Shown here piece by piece: positions 28,373-39,201 of a stretch of DNA of 64,000 nt (position 1 is the stretch's first letter; the number at the start of each line of letters is the position of its first letter). Location of the stretch: contig CAZTCI010000004.1 in assembly GCA_964612665.1 (NCBI GenBank), positions 14,376 to 78,375 on the forward strand, in the 5' to 3' direction. The DNA is from an uncultured Planctomycetales bacterium. Its GTDB lineage: Bacteria; Omnitrophota; Gorgyraeia; Zapsychrales; JAHFFX01. The position numbers and the translations under genes were made by a program. The notes beneath the pieces are model-generated. The model saw only the letters and a list, made by a program, of their open reading frames with translations, was not told where the DNA came from and searched no databases.

Positions 28373-30930
28373 TTAGTGCAGATTCATATCAAGGGTACGC
28401 TGAATAGTTCCGCCAGGCCCGGTGCAGGTAAGCACATAAGATGCTGTTGTACTGACTGAACCGAGACTCGCTGTGCCGTTGACCGGTTCTGCTCCAGTCC
28501 ATCCGCCGGAAGCGGTGCAGGTGGTGGCGTTGGTTGTCATCCAGGTCAAAATGGGAGCAGCAGTTAAGTTTAAAGTCGGTGGAATACTGATTGTGAAAGT
28601 GGCGCTGGCGACGGGGCTGTTGGTCATGCCGCTTTTGACAGCGATGGCTTTAATGGTTGAAGTTGATGAAACAGTGATAGGAGCTGAATAAAGTGTCGAA
28701 CTTGTTGAAGGTGTTGAGCCGTTGGTTGTGTAATAAATGGAAGCGCCGGAGGCCGCACTTAAAGTGACAGAAACAGGAGCAGAGAAAGTTCCACCGTTAG
28801 GAGAAATTGAAGGCGGTGAAAGAACCGAAGGGGAATTGCAGTAATTAACCTCGGTGATCCAGAAAACAGTTGTGTAACCAGGATTACCCAGATTGGCCGG
28901 TTGAAAGAAACGAATCTTGGAAGTAGTCACAGGAGCAAAAGTGACAGTTGAAGAAGCGACATCGCCGGAATAAGTGGTTGAAGCCAAAGTGACCCAAGCG
29001 GTGCCGTTCCAGGATTGAACATCAACGCGTTGAGATGTCATGTATTTATTTTGAAGAGGGTTAAAGGCCCAAGAAATGGTCGCGGAGTTGAGTTGTATTT
29101 TTTGAGAGCCGAAATCAATTTGGATCCAATGATCGAGAGTGTTATCAGACGAAGCCCAGGTCGTGGCAGTGCCGCCGGAGGCGTTGATGACTTCATCGTC
29201 GATGGGATTAGTGGAGTAGCCTGAGTAAGTACTGTCGACGGAAACAACGCGATTGCCGTATTCAACTTCAGTCACCCAAAAAACAGTTGTATAGCTGGGA
29301 TTACCAAGATTCGCTGGTTGCAAGAAGCGTAGTTGAGACGTGGTGACAGCAGGAAAGTTAATTGAAGAACTGGCGACATCACCGGAATAAGTCATGGAAC
29401 CTAAAGTAACCCACGCCGAACCATTCCAAGATTGAACATCAACGCGTTGGGCGGTCATATATTTATTTTGAGAAGTGTTAAAAGCCCAGAAGATAGAAGC
29501 GGTGTTGATTTGTTGAGGAGAGTTAAAGTTTACTTGAATCCAATGATCAAGAGTATTATCAGCCGAAGCCCAGGTGCTTGTTGTTCCGCCGGAGGCATTG
29601 ATTACACCATCATCGATGGGAGTTGTTGTATATCCAGAGTAAGTACTGTCGACGGAAACGCCGGACGAGGGCGGAGGAGTGGTCCCACCGTATTCATACG
29701 CACCAATATCGAAGGCCGCTCCTTGAGGACGAGATTTTCCCTCTAGGTCGGTTGTGACGCCGGCGCTTGTTGCATCCATTCCTTTATCAATAGCCGCCGA
29801 GCCGCTTTGAAGGTGATAATCATTAGCGCTGGCATTAACGAATTTCGGATCAACGCTAAGGTTGTTGCTCGCACTAAAATATAATCCTCCCGAGTTTTGA
29901 ACCGTATCGCCGCTACCGCCATTTTGCCAGCAAACATTGTTATTGATAACAGAATTGTCAGAACCAGTAAGGTTCATAATACAGCCATAGGGATTCGCAA
30001 CCACTGTATTATTATCGACGACGGTATAGGTCGCCCCATTCATCAGAATGGCAGGAACATGGTAGACATTGTAAGTACCGTTATTCCAAAATATATTGTT
30101 AATGACTTTGTTATTAGTTCCCACAGTCAGGATAATGCCACCTTGCCGGTTATCGTGAATGCTGTTATTTCGGTAGATATTGTTATTGACATCAGAAGCG
30201 GAATCCTGTTCATTTTTTATTCCATAACCGCCCGCATGATGAATCCGGTTCCCATCGATTAAACAGTCACGAGCGGTTATATAAACGGCATGTTCATATC
30301 CGCTTGGCGCGCTCGTCGGGTCGCTAGGATTCCAACCGCAGTTGTAAATGTCGTTGTTGATATAGTTGATATGATCGTTGGGATTGGACGCGACACTTAT
30401 AGGACGTTGAGTATAGAAACAGCTGTTGTGGTACGCATTTTTGATTGTGCTGTTTTGAACAGTGACATAATGAGTGAAAGGATTTCCGGGTGTATTGCCG
30501 CCGGTGCGGACAGCAACAGCAGGTACGTTGGAAGCGTCAATGGTGACATTATCAATAGTAATGTAGCTGCGATCGTAGATGGAGATGACATCGCCGGCAT
30601 TATTTCCGCCGGATGGTTTGATAATAACCTGTTCATTGGGCGCTCCCTTAATTACTGTGGGTTGTGAAGGAGAAACGCCCGAGGGGATTCCGGGAACCGT
30701 GCTAATGGATTCCGCATAAGTTCCGGAATGGATAATCAGCATATCGCCGGCAGATAATTTGCTTATTCCTTTATTAATAGTCAAACAAGGACTGGTCTGG
30801 GAACAGAGATTGGTGGTATCACTTCCGGTTGTGGCGACATAATAAGTATTGCCAGCGGCTGACGCGGAGGTAGCTGCAGTTAAAAAAATAATAACGGAGA
30901 AAACGATCTTCTTAATGGGGCGCATCATCA
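28373..30930 (-). CDS. Paralog 1 of a secreted right-handed beta-helix / carbohydrate-binding protein family (beta-helix type B + 2x discoidin-like + CHB_HEX_C-like + C-terminal Ig-like Cys domain)
   Basis: The conserved start MMMRPIKKIVFSVIIFLTAATSASAA (signal peptide) is used; the longest ORF extends to 30961. Parallel beta-helix repeats (…NNIYRNNSIHDNRQGGIILTVGTNNKVINNIFWNNG…). Two ~140-aa repeats (…DHWIQVNF…ASIFWAF…KYMTAQRVDVQSWNGSAWVTLGS…LRFLQPANLGNP…WVTEVEYGN) are assigned to the F5/8-type-C/discoidin class. 'GGTFSAPVSVTLSAASGASIYYTTNGSTP…IKAIAVKSGMTNSPVASATF' matches the chitobiase/beta-hexosaminidase C-terminal-type domain. The final ~70 aa form a Cys-containing domain. Confidence 0.75.
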
Positions 30931-31023
30931 TGAAGTCCTTTCTTAGTATTGTTCTATTCATTTTTGTGTGTCTTTGATATTTTTCATATTCGATTTATTC
31001 CAGAATTGAATGGCAAATATAAT

Positions 31024-31055
31024 CCCTGAACCGCTCATAAAGCGGTTCAGGGAAA
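31024..31055 (-). terminator. Stem-loop terminator between paralogs 2 and 1
   Basis: ccctgaaccgctcataaagcggttcaggg hairpin 9 nt downstream (minus strand) of the paralog-2 stop (31064). The U-tract is weak. Confidence 0.45.
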
Positions 31056-31063
31056 GTGAAAAT

Positions 31064-33478
31064 TTACTGTACATTGACCGTCACAGTTTTCTGAGTAGTG
31101 CCGCCAGATCCAGTACAAGTCAATACGAAAGAAGCCGTGGTGCTGACCGAACCAAGACTGGAAGTGCCACTAATAGGTTCTGTCCCGTTCCAACTGCCCG
31201 ACGCTGTGCAAGTGGTGGCGTTGGCTGCCGTCCAGGTCAAAATAGGAGCGGCGGTTAAGTTTAAAGTCGGTGGAATACTAATTGTGAAAGTGGCGCTGGC
31301 GACGGGGCTGTTGGTCATGCCGGTTTTGACAGCGATGGCTTTGATTGTTGAAGTAGCGGAAACAGTAATTGGACCGGAATAAAGAGTGGATGAAGTCGTC
31401 GGGGTAGAACCGTTGGTTGTGTAATAAATGGAAGCGCCGGAGGCCGCGGTTACAGTAACAGAAACAGGAGCGGAAAAAGTCCCGCCATTGGGTGAAAAAA
31501 CAGGAGCAGGCAGGATTGGATTATTAGAGTAATCAACTTCCGTGACCCATAACACACCCGTGTAAGCAGGATTGCCCAGGTTAGCGGGCTGAAATAAGCG
31601 GATACGCGAAGTAGTGACGGCCGGAAAACAGATTGAAGAAAGGGCAACATCAGAGGAACGGACTAGCGAACCAAGTGTGATCCAAGCCGCGCCATTCCAA
31701 GATTGCACGTCGAGACGTTGAGAAGTCATGTATTTATTTTGAGCATTATCAAAAGCCCAGGAAACCGTGGTTGAGTTAATTTGTTTTTGAGAACCGAAAT
31801 CAATTTGAATCCAGTGATCAAGGGTGCTATCAGCGGAGGCCCAGGTCGAGGCAGTGCCGCCAGAGGCATTAATGACTTCATCGTCAATGGGAGCGGTGGT
31901 GTAATTGGGATAAGTGCTGTCGACGGAAATAACCCGATTACCGTATTCCACTTCAGTGACCCACAAGATGTTAGTGTAATTGGGATTGCCTTTACTGGCT
32001 GGCTGAAAGAACCGTAGTTGAGAGGTAGTGACAGTCGGGAAATTGATCGAAGAAGTTGCGACATCGCCCGAATACATCATTGAACCTAATGTGACCCAAG
32101 CCGAACCATTCCAGGACTGCACATCGACACGTTGGGAGGTCATGTATTTATTTTGAGCATTGTCAAAAGCCCAGAAAATGGAAGCCGTGTTTATTGGTTG
32201 AGGAGAAGTGAAATTGATTTGAATCCAGTGATCGAGCAAATTATCGGCCGAAGCCCAGGTTGTCGCCGTGCTTCCGGTGGCATTAATGATGCCATCATCA
32301 ATGGGATTAGTTGTGTATCCTGGATAACTGCTGTCGACGGAAATTGATCCGTTTCCGTCGGGCGGAGGCGTTGCCCCGTATTCATACGGTCCAATGTCGT
32401 AACTAGAGCCTACCGGCCGACCGTTACCATCAAAGTCGGTAGGGACTTGAGAAAGTGTTATTCCGGCATTAATGGCGGGAGAGGTTGCTTTTAAATGAAA
32501 ATCGCCTGAGCCGTCTGCACTGTAGTTGATAAATTGTGGATCGGCAGCAATCGTTCCAGTTATATTTACCGGAACCCGAAGATCATTTAGATATGTCGCT
32601 CCATAATCTATATTATTTTGATAGGTATTCCCACTGGCTGAGCTCGATTCATAAATGTTATAAGTATTTTTGTAGAAAATATTATTTTTCATAAAGCACC
32701 CATTACAGTAAGACGTGATCCCGGTGTTTGATCCAAAAAGCACATTATTGGCAATTAATATACTGCCTGTCGGCCCTGGATAGATCTGAAGTGCGGCATG
32801 CTTAGCGTTTCCCAAAATGTTATTCGCAAGTGTGCCAGCCCCATATCCATAGTAAACGGCATGCGCTCCTGGTTGTATGTTGCACAACAGGCCAATGCGT
32901 ACGATTTTATTGCCGATGATATCGTTGTTGGTTGAAGCAGGATTTGTTTGGAGAATACCTGCGCCGCCATATTGATCGCATACTAATCCCGACGTAATAT
33001 CATGGATATAGTTACCAATCATCCGCACATTCGATGCATAATTTACAATGCCTATAGTGCCATCGCCGCTCATATCAAATCCCTGAATATCTACGTAACT
33101 GCCGTTCTGAGTCCCAGGATCGCCATTCCACCAAACCCTCCGCAGGCCGTTTGTTACAAGTTTTGCCCCCCATGGTGTCTGAGAAATAAACCGAATCCGC
33201 GCGGATGCTGTTCCGCTTACATTGTTTTTTATGCCATATTCCGTCGTTCCTGAGGTGCTCGGAGACAGGGAGTATATTCCTGGCAACACCATTACCGTAT
33301 CCCCGGCACTTACCGAATTAGCGGCCTTTTGAATTGTTTGAAATGGCTGTGTCTGGGTTCCGGGATTGCTATCAGATCCCGACGGAGAAACGTAATAAGT
33401 GGCCGCGGAGGCCGAAGTGGTTGCAGCTAAAAGAATGATTACGGAGAAAACGATCTTCTTAATGGGGCGCATCATCAT
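31064..33478 (-). CDS. Paralog 2 (beta-helix type A + 2x discoidin-like + CHB_HEX_C-like + C-terminal Ig-like Cys domain)
   Basis: Starts MMMRPIKKIVFSVIILLAATTSASAATYYVSPSGSD…. Its N-terminal beta-helix module differs from paralogs 1 and 3 and matches paralog 4. The downstream discoidin-like pair and C-terminal modules are near-identical to paralogs 1 and 4. Confidence 0.75.
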   Translation of the reverse strand: MMMRPIKKIVFSVIILLAATTSASAATYYVSPSGSDSNPGTQTQPFQTIQKAANSVSAGDTVMVLPGIYSLSPSTSGTTEYGIKNNVSGTASARIRFISQTPWGAKLVTNGLRRVWWNGDPGTQNGSYVDIQGFDMSGDGTIGIVNYASNVRMIGNYIHDITSGLVCDQYGGAGILQTNPASTNNDIIGNKIVRIGLLCNIQPGAHAVYYGYGAGTLANNILGNAKHAALQIYPGPTGSILIANNVLFGSNTGITSYCNGCFMKNNIFYKNTYNIYESSSASGNTYQNNIDYGATYLNDLRVPVNITGTIAADPQFINYSADGSGDFHLKATSPAINAGITLSQVPTDFDGNGRPVGSSYDIGPYEYGATPPPDGNGSISVDSSYPGYTTNPIDDGIINATGSTATTWASADNLLDHWIQINFTSPQPINTASIFWAFDNAQNKYMTSQRVDVQSWNGSAWVTLGSMMYSGDVATSSINFPTVTTSQLRFFQPASKGNPNYTNILWVTEVEYGNRVISVDSTYPNYTTAPIDDEVINASGGTASTWASADSTLDHWIQIDFGSQKQINSTTVSWAFDNAQNKYMTSQRLDVQSWNGAAWITLGSLVRSSDVALSSICFPAVTTSRIRLFQPANLGNPAYTGVLWVTEVDYSNNPILPAPVFSPNGGTFSAPVSVTVTAASGASIYYTTNGSTPTTSSTLYSGPITVSATSTIKAIAVKTGMTNSPVASATFTISIPPTLNLTAAPILTWTAANATTCTASGSWNGTEPISGTSSLGSVSTTASFVLTCTGSGGTTQKTVTVNVQ

Positions 33479-33633
33479 GAAGTCCTTTCTTAATTGATTA
33501 ACATGAAGGAACGATTCTTATGTTATGAATACGGTTCGTTTTAATGAATAAAAAAATCCATTCTTCATTGTTGGCTTTTTTTGTATTTTCGAATAGTTCA
33601 TGTTTGATCTATTTCGGTCCGTCCTTTTCAAAT

Positions 33634-36600
33634 TTATGGATAATCAATAGTAAGCGTAGCGCGTCCTTGCTTTGTTCCTGCAGGCCCGGTGCAGGTGAGC
33701 ACATAAGAAGCGGTTGTGCTGACTGAGCCAAGACTCGCCGTGCCGCTGAGAGGTTCAGTCCCAGTCCAGCTGCCCGACGCTGTGCAAGAGGTGGCGTTGG
33801 TGGTAGACCAGGTTAGAATCGGGGCCGCGCTTAAGACTATGGTCGTCGGCGGCAGATTGATTGTGAAACTTGCGCTAGCGACGGTACTGTTAAGCATCCC
33901 GTTTTTGACAGCAATGGCTTTAAGAGTTGTGGTGGAGCTTAAAGTCATTGGTGCTGTATATAAAGATGAAGAAGTCGTCGGAGTTGAGCCGTTGGTTGTG
34001 TAGTAAATGGAAGCTCCGACGGGTGCGCTTAAAGTGACCGATACAGGTGCAGTGAATGTTCCTCCATTAGGTGACATGGTTGGGGCGGCCACTTGAATGG
34101 GTGTCGAATAAAGCGATTGGATCTCAGCTGCTGACAGCGCGCGGCTGTAAAGACGCAGATCGTCGATGGCGCCATCAAAAGTACGATCAAGACTTGGAGC
34201 ATTACCAATGACGATAGGGTTGGTTGTAAATTTAAGAGTGCCGGTGAGAGGGTTTTGAGATTGATAAGCGGTCTCGACACCGTTGACAAAGAGGTGAAGC
34301 TGGCGGTCGCCTTTATCATCGTAGGTGACAGCGACGTGGTTCCAGGAGTTAAGAGAAATCGCGGAAGTAGCTGATACTGAAATGAAAGTCGTGCCCGCCG
34401 AATTTGTGACGGAAGCACAGAGAGTGTTCCCGGGATTAACGAGGAAATAAAAGTCATCAAATTTAGCAGATGATTCCCGTGAGACGATACGGCCATAACT
34501 AGCTTCGCCGAGGCTGTTGGGTTTAATCCAGGCAGAATAAGTAAAGGAAGAAAGATTTTGGGTGCTCGTAGTCAATGGGATGGTGGCAATATCATCGACT
34601 CCGTCGAAAGAAAGAGCAGCGCCAAACTTTCCAATGGCTAAACGCGCGGGATCAAAGGATTCTACAGTATTGTTGAATCCCAGAATACCGTTGTTGCTTC
34701 CATTAGAACTAGAAATTGTCTGACCGGATGATTCATCGAAATTCCAAGTGTCAATAATGGAGTAGGGCGGAGAGTTAAAAACATTTGAAATCTCGCTGGC
34801 GCTTAAAGCGCGATTGTAAACGTTGACCTCATCGATGGCCCCATCAAAAGTACGATCAAGACTTGGCGTGTTACCAATGAGAATGGGATTATTTGTAAAT
34901 TTCAGAGTTCCGGTGACGGGAGGTTGAGCTTGATAAGTGGTTTCAACACCGTTAACAAAAAGATGAAGTTTACGGTCGCCTTTATCATCGTAAGTGACAG
35001 CGACGTGATTCCAGGCGTTGAGAGAAATGGAAGAAGCAACCGCGTATGAAATGAACGTTGTGCCCGCCGAATTTGTGATGGAAGCACTGATAGTATTTCC
35101 AGGATTAACGAGTAAATAAAAGTCATCATATTTGACAGAAGATTCCCGTGAGACGATGCGGCCGTAACTAGCTTCACCGAGGCTGTTGGGTTTAATCCAG
35201 GCAGAATAAGTAAAAGAAGAAAGATTTTGGGTGCTCGTAGTCAATGGGACGGTCGCAACATCATCGACTCCGTCGAAAGAAAGGGCTGATCCGTATTTTC
35301 CTAAGACGCGGGCAGGATCCGAGGATTCCGCGGCCGTGCTTAATCCTAAAAAGCCATGGTTAGCTGCAACTCTGTCGACAATCGTTTGACCTGAACCTTC
35401 ATCCAGATTCCAGGAAGCAGCGGCAACGGGAAGGGGAGCGCCAGGCGGAGGCGGCGCAACTGTTCCACCATATTCATAGGCGCCGATGTCGTATCCAGAA
35501 CCTTGAGGGCGGGATTTTCCCTCGAAGTCAGTTGTAATGCCAACTGATGAAAGATTGGCGCCGGCATCTATCGCCGCAGAACCAGCCTGCAAGTGGAAGT
35601 CAGTGGCAGAAACAAATTTGGGATCCGTAAACAGATTATTGGAAATAACATTGCCTATGCCAATCGCAGCATCATCAATAATATTATTGGCGTTCTGCCA
35701 ACAGATATTATTTTTAATTATGCTGTTTGTGTCATGATTGTTACCGGAGACACAGTTTCCTCCATTGCCGACCATGGTGTTGTTAAATACTTGATTACCA
35801 GTACCGCCCCAAGCAAGATGTACTGCCGAATAGCTGGTATTATTATAAATCAGGTTATTGGCCACAAGATTGTTATCTCCTACATTGATCATAACGCCGC
35901 CGTCAACACAATCATGAATCCTATTGTTACGATAGATATTGTTGTTTAGCCCACTACCACCGCTCCAATATTGTTGAATGCACCAGCCACCGGGAGATCC
36001 GTAGATATCGTTGTTTTCAAAAAGACTATTGCGGGCGGAATTATATAAGACATGATTGTATCGACTGGATACTAGCACAGTATGCAGGCTCGAATTGCGT
36101 ACAGTTATGTTGTAAACATCTAGTGGGTCCCAAGTCTCAAACACGCCAGATTGACCATTACGCATTTCACATTTATCAAAAATAATATCGTGAGCATTAC
36201 CTCCGACGATAATATTGTTTCCTGCATACTGGTCTACGCCTCCCGGCATATTGCTGCCATCAATAGTCAATCCAATAAATTTAAGATATTGGTTGTTACG
36301 TATACTGAAAGCCGCATTATAATTTCCCCCGTCGAGAGGTTCTATCAGCACAGTTTCTCCGTTAGCAGCCTGAATCGTGGTATAGGCACTCGCACTTCCA
36401 GCGGGAATAATCGGCGAACCTTTACTGATTTCACTGATAAGATCGGTGTATGTTCCGGCTTTGATCGTAAGCGTATCGCCGCCCGTCATACAACCTATGC
36501 CGGCGAGAATGGTTAACTTAGGGGCAGAAAGACTTTGAGCCTGAGCGCAGGAATATGAATCACTGCCGGTCTTTGCCACATAATACGTGGCCGCCGAGGC

Positions 36601-36666
36601 GCAGGAGGTTGCAGTTAAAAACATGATTACGGAGAAAACGATCTTCTTAATGGGGCGCATCATCAT
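33634..36666 (-). CDS. Paralog 3 (beta-helix type B + 2x LamG/ConA-like lectin domains + CHB_HEX_C-like + C-terminal Ig-like Cys domain)
   Basis: Starts MMMRPIKKIVFSVIMFLTATSCASAATYYVAKTGSD…. Two ~190-aa repeats carry the LamG-type signature (…ALSFDGVDD.ATVPLTTSTQNLSSFTYSAWIKPNSLGEASYGRIVSRES…WNHVAVTYDDKGDR.LHLFVNGVET…) and replace the discoidin pair of the other paralogs. Confidence 0.75.
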   Translation of the reverse strand: MMMRPIKKIVFSVIMFLTATSCASAATYYVAKTGSDSYSCAQAQSLSAPKLTILAGIGCMTGGDTLTIKAGTYTDLISEISKGSPIIPAGSASAYTTIQAANGETVLIEPLDGGNYNAAFSIRNNQYLKFIGLTIDGSNMPGGVDQYAGNNIIVGGNAHDIIFDKCEMRNGQSGVFETWDPLDVYNITVRNSSLHTVLVSSRYNHVLYNSARNSLFENNDIYGSPGGWCIQQYWSGGSGLNNNIYRNNRIHDCVDGGVMINVGDNNLVANNLIYNNTSYSAVHLAWGGTGNQVFNNTMVGNGGNCVSGNNHDTNSIIKNNICWQNANNIIDDAAIGIGNVISNNLFTDPKFVSATDFHLQAGSAAIDAGANLSSVGITTDFEGKSRPQGSGYDIGAYEYGGTVAPPPPGAPLPVAAASWNLDEGSGQTIVDRVAANHGFLGLSTAAESSDPARVLGKYGSALSFDGVDDVATVPLTTSTQNLSSFTYSAWIKPNSLGEASYGRIVSRESSVKYDDFYLLVNPGNTISASITNSAGTTFISYAVASSISLNAWNHVAVTYDDKGDRKLHLFVNGVETTYQAQPPVTGTLKFTNNPILIGNTPSLDRTFDGAIDEVNVYNRALSASEISNVFNSPPYSIIDTWNFDESSGQTISSSNGSNNGILGFNNTVESFDPARLAIGKFGAALSFDGVDDIATIPLTTSTQNLSSFTYSAWIKPNSLGEASYGRIVSRESSAKFDDFYFLVNPGNTLCASVTNSAGTTFISVSATSAISLNSWNHVAVTYDDKGDRQLHLFVNGVETAYQSQNPLTGTLKFTTNPIVIGNAPSLDRTFDGAIDDLRLYSRALSAAEIQSLYSTPIQVAAPTMSPNGGTFTAPVSVTLSAPVGASIYYTTNGSTPTTSSSLYTAPMTLSSTTTLKAIAVKNGMLNSTVASASFTINLPPTTIVLSAAPILTWSTTNATSCTASGSWTGTEPLSGTASLGSVSTTASYVLTCTGPAGTKQGRATLTIDYP

Positions 36667-36744
36667 GAAGTCCTTTCTTAATTGGTAATATATTGGAAGA
36701 TTTTTGATTCTTTTTTCTTTTTTAGGATTGTTGTCATGTTCAAT

Positions 36745-39201
36745 TTAATGAGGAATTAAATCCCAAGATTTCTGCACGGTGCCGCCAGGGCCGGTGCAGG
36801 TTAAGGTTAAAGTTTGAGAAGAATTCATCGTCCCTAAACTTGCGGTGCCGTTGATGGGTTCTGGTCCAGTCCATCCGCCGGAAGCGGTGCAAGTGGTCAT
36901 GTTGGTTGTAGACCAGGTGAGAACGGGAGCCACACTTAAGTTGAGTGTTCCTGGAATATTGACCGTAAAAGTGGCGCTGGCCACCGGACTAGTAGTCATG
37001 CCGGTTTTAACAGCAATGGCTTTAAGTGTTGTGGTGGAAGTTAAAGTTATAGGACTAACATATAAAGATGAAGAACTCGTTGGAATAGAACCGTCAGTTG
37101 TGTAATAAATCGAAGCGCCAGAGCTCGCGCTTAATGTAACAGAGACTGGTGCAGAAAAAGTACCGCCGTTGGGAGAAAAAGAAGGCGGAGAAAGAACTGA
37201 AGGCGAATTTTTGTAATCGACTTCAGTAACCCAGAAGATACCTGTGTAAGTAGGATTACCCATGTTAGCTGGTTGAAAGAATCTGATTCGGGAAGTGGTG
37301 ACCGCTGGAAAAGTGACTGAAGAACTGGCAACATCGCCGGAATAAGTAGTTGAGCCCAAAGTGATCCAGGCTGTTCCATTCCAAGACTGAACATCGACGC
37401 GCTGGGAGGTCATGTATTTATTTTGAGACGTATTAAAAGCCCAAGAAATAGTAGCGGAGTTGAGTTGTGTTTTTTGAGAACCAAAATCAATTTGAATCCA
37501 ATGATCGAGGCTGTTATCAGAGGAAGCCCAGGTGGTTGCCGTGCCGCCGGAGGCGTTGATGACTTCATCGTCGATGGGATTCGTTGTGTAACCTGAATAG
37601 GTACTGTCGACGGAGACAGCGCGGTTGCCATATTCAACCTCGGTGACCCAGAAGACGGTGTTGTAAGTGGGATTACCAAGGTTAGCGGGTTGAAAGAAAC
37701 GTAATTGAGAAGTCGTGACGGCTGGAAAATTAATTGAAGAACTGGCGATATCGCCGGAGTAAGTCATAGAACCTAAAGTGACCCAAGCCGAACCATTCCA
37801 AGATTGAACATCAACCCGCTGAGAGGTCATGTATTTATTCTGGGCAGTGTTAAAAGCCCAGAAGATGGAAGCGGTATTGATTTGTTGAGGAGAAGTAAAA
37901 TTGAATTGAATCCAATGAGCGAGCGTATTGTCAGCCGAAGCCCATGTAGAAGTTGTGCCGCCGGAGGCATTGATAACGCCATCGTCAATGGGCGTGAGGG
38001 TATATCCAGAGAAAGTACTGTCGACGGAAACTGAAGCTCCAGAAGGAGGAGGTGTAGCGCCCCCATATTCATAAGCACCGATATCAAAGGCGGCTCCTTG
38101 AGGACGCGGGGCGTTGTCGAAATCCGTTGAAATTTTTGAATAACTAATGCCTTTATCAATGGCAGGACTTGTGGACTTGAGATGATAATCTCCGCTGCCA
38201 TTGGCTTGGTAGTTTACAAATTGAGGATCAGATTGAACATCTCCGGCGATTGTTACTAAACTCGCAGCACCGCCGTACAGATAGTCGTATGGCTTAGTAT
38301 TGTTGTAGAGAAGATTGTTCATGTAACTTATATTTGAAGAGCCTGAGCCAAGGCCATACATCATAATACCGGGGCCTGTATTACCATAGAAGATGTTATT
38401 GGCGACATAGATGTCGTGTATGGTGTTTCCCCCATCTGAACCCATAATTAATCCTGCACTGCCGCTGTTGAAAACAAGATTATTGACCACATCCACATTG
38501 TATGGATGATGATACAAATGAATCGGGTAAGAATTGACTCGATAAATAATGTTGTTGGCGATAACGCCACTGCCGTAGCCCTGATAAATACCGTGCTGCC
38601 CAGGGATGCCCGGCACAGAAGGACAAGCAAACGAAAGATCGTGCACTGAATTACCGATAATGTCGTTATCCGTAGCGTCTCGGGGACTGACGTTACCTGA
38701 TCCAGCCGTGTCAATTGCAGAACCCATGTCCCCTGTCCCGTATGTGCCGCAGTCAGCGCGGCCGAGATCATGAACGTGATTTCCTAAAATTTTGGTGTGA
38801 GACGCATAGTTTAAGATGCCGATGATGGCGTCGCCTGAAATATCAAACCCTTCGATGTTTATGTAATCCACATAGTTCGTCCAAATATAGGTCGATCCTG
38901 ACGTCCGTATTTTTGCTCCCCACGGTTGCTGAGAAACAAAACGAACGCGTCCCGCGGTGGAGTTCCCACCCCGGCTGGTACTTATGGATCCGTTGTAAGT
39001 TCCCGGCATAACCATAACAACATCACCTGCATTTACTATATTGGCTGCCTTTTGAATTGTTTGAAATGGCGCGGTTGATGAACCGCAGGTGCTGCAATCT
39101 GAACCCGTCGGAGAGACGTAGTAGGTTGCCGCTGAGGCGGAGATTACAGTTGTGAAAAAAAAGACAAAGGTGAAAATGCAATTTTTAAATAGATATGACA
39201 T
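36745..39201 (-). CDS. Paralog 4 (beta-helix type A + 2x discoidin-like + CHB_HEX_C-like + C-terminal Ig-like Cys domain) with a replaced N-terminus
   Basis: Starts MSYLFKNCIFTFVFFFTTVISASAATYYVSPTGSD…. The first ~20 codons differ from the family leader but are still signal-peptide-like. An aagga RBS lies upstream. The remainder is collinear with paralog 2. Confidence 0.7.
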   Translation of the reverse strand: MSYLFKNCIFTFVFFFTTVISASAATYYVSPTGSDCSTCGSSTAPFQTIQKAANIVNAGDVVMVMPGTYNGSISTSRGGNSTAGRVRFVSQQPWGAKIRTSGSTYIWTNYVDYINIEGFDISGDAIIGILNYASHTKILGNHVHDLGRADCGTYGTGDMGSAIDTAGSGNVSPRDATDNDIIGNSVHDLSFACPSVPGIPGQHGIYQGYGSGVIANNIIYRVNSYPIHLYHHPYNVDVVNNLVFNSGSAGLIMGSDGGNTIHDIYVANNIFYGNTGPGIMMYGLGSGSSNISYMNNLLYNNTKPYDYLYGGAASLVTIAGDVQSDPQFVNYQANGSGDYHLKSTSPAIDKGISYSKISTDFDNAPRPQGAAFDIGAYEYGGATPPPSGASVSVDSTFSGYTLTPIDDGVINASGGTTSTWASADNTLAHWIQFNFTSPQQINTASIFWAFNTAQNKYMTSQRVDVQSWNGSAWVTLGSMTYSGDIASSSINFPAVTTSQLRFFQPANLGNPTYNTVFWVTEVEYGNRAVSVDSTYSGYTTNPIDDEVINASGGTATTWASSDNSLDHWIQIDFGSQKTQLNSATISWAFNTSQNKYMTSQRVDVQSWNGTAWITLGSTTYSGDVASSSVTFPAVTTSRIRFFQPANMGNPTYTGIFWVTEVDYKNSPSVLSPPSFSPNGGTFSAPVSVTLSASSGASIYYTTDGSIPTSSSSLYVSPITLTSTTTLKAIAVKTGMTTSPVASATFTVNIPGTLNLSVAPVLTWSTTNMTTCTASGGWTGPEPINGTASLGTMNSSQTLTLTCTGPGGTVQKSWDLIPH

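Noticed and set aside
28373-28590. C-terminal domain of the paralogs, considered as a type IX secretion (Por) CTD or a PEP-CTERM variant
   Set aside because: It has no PEP motif, TM helix or basic tail. The conserved Cys pair and the TW…CTASGGW…LTCTGPGG pattern match an Ig-like repeat module, not the T9SS CTD consensus, and no T9SS genes are present in the window.
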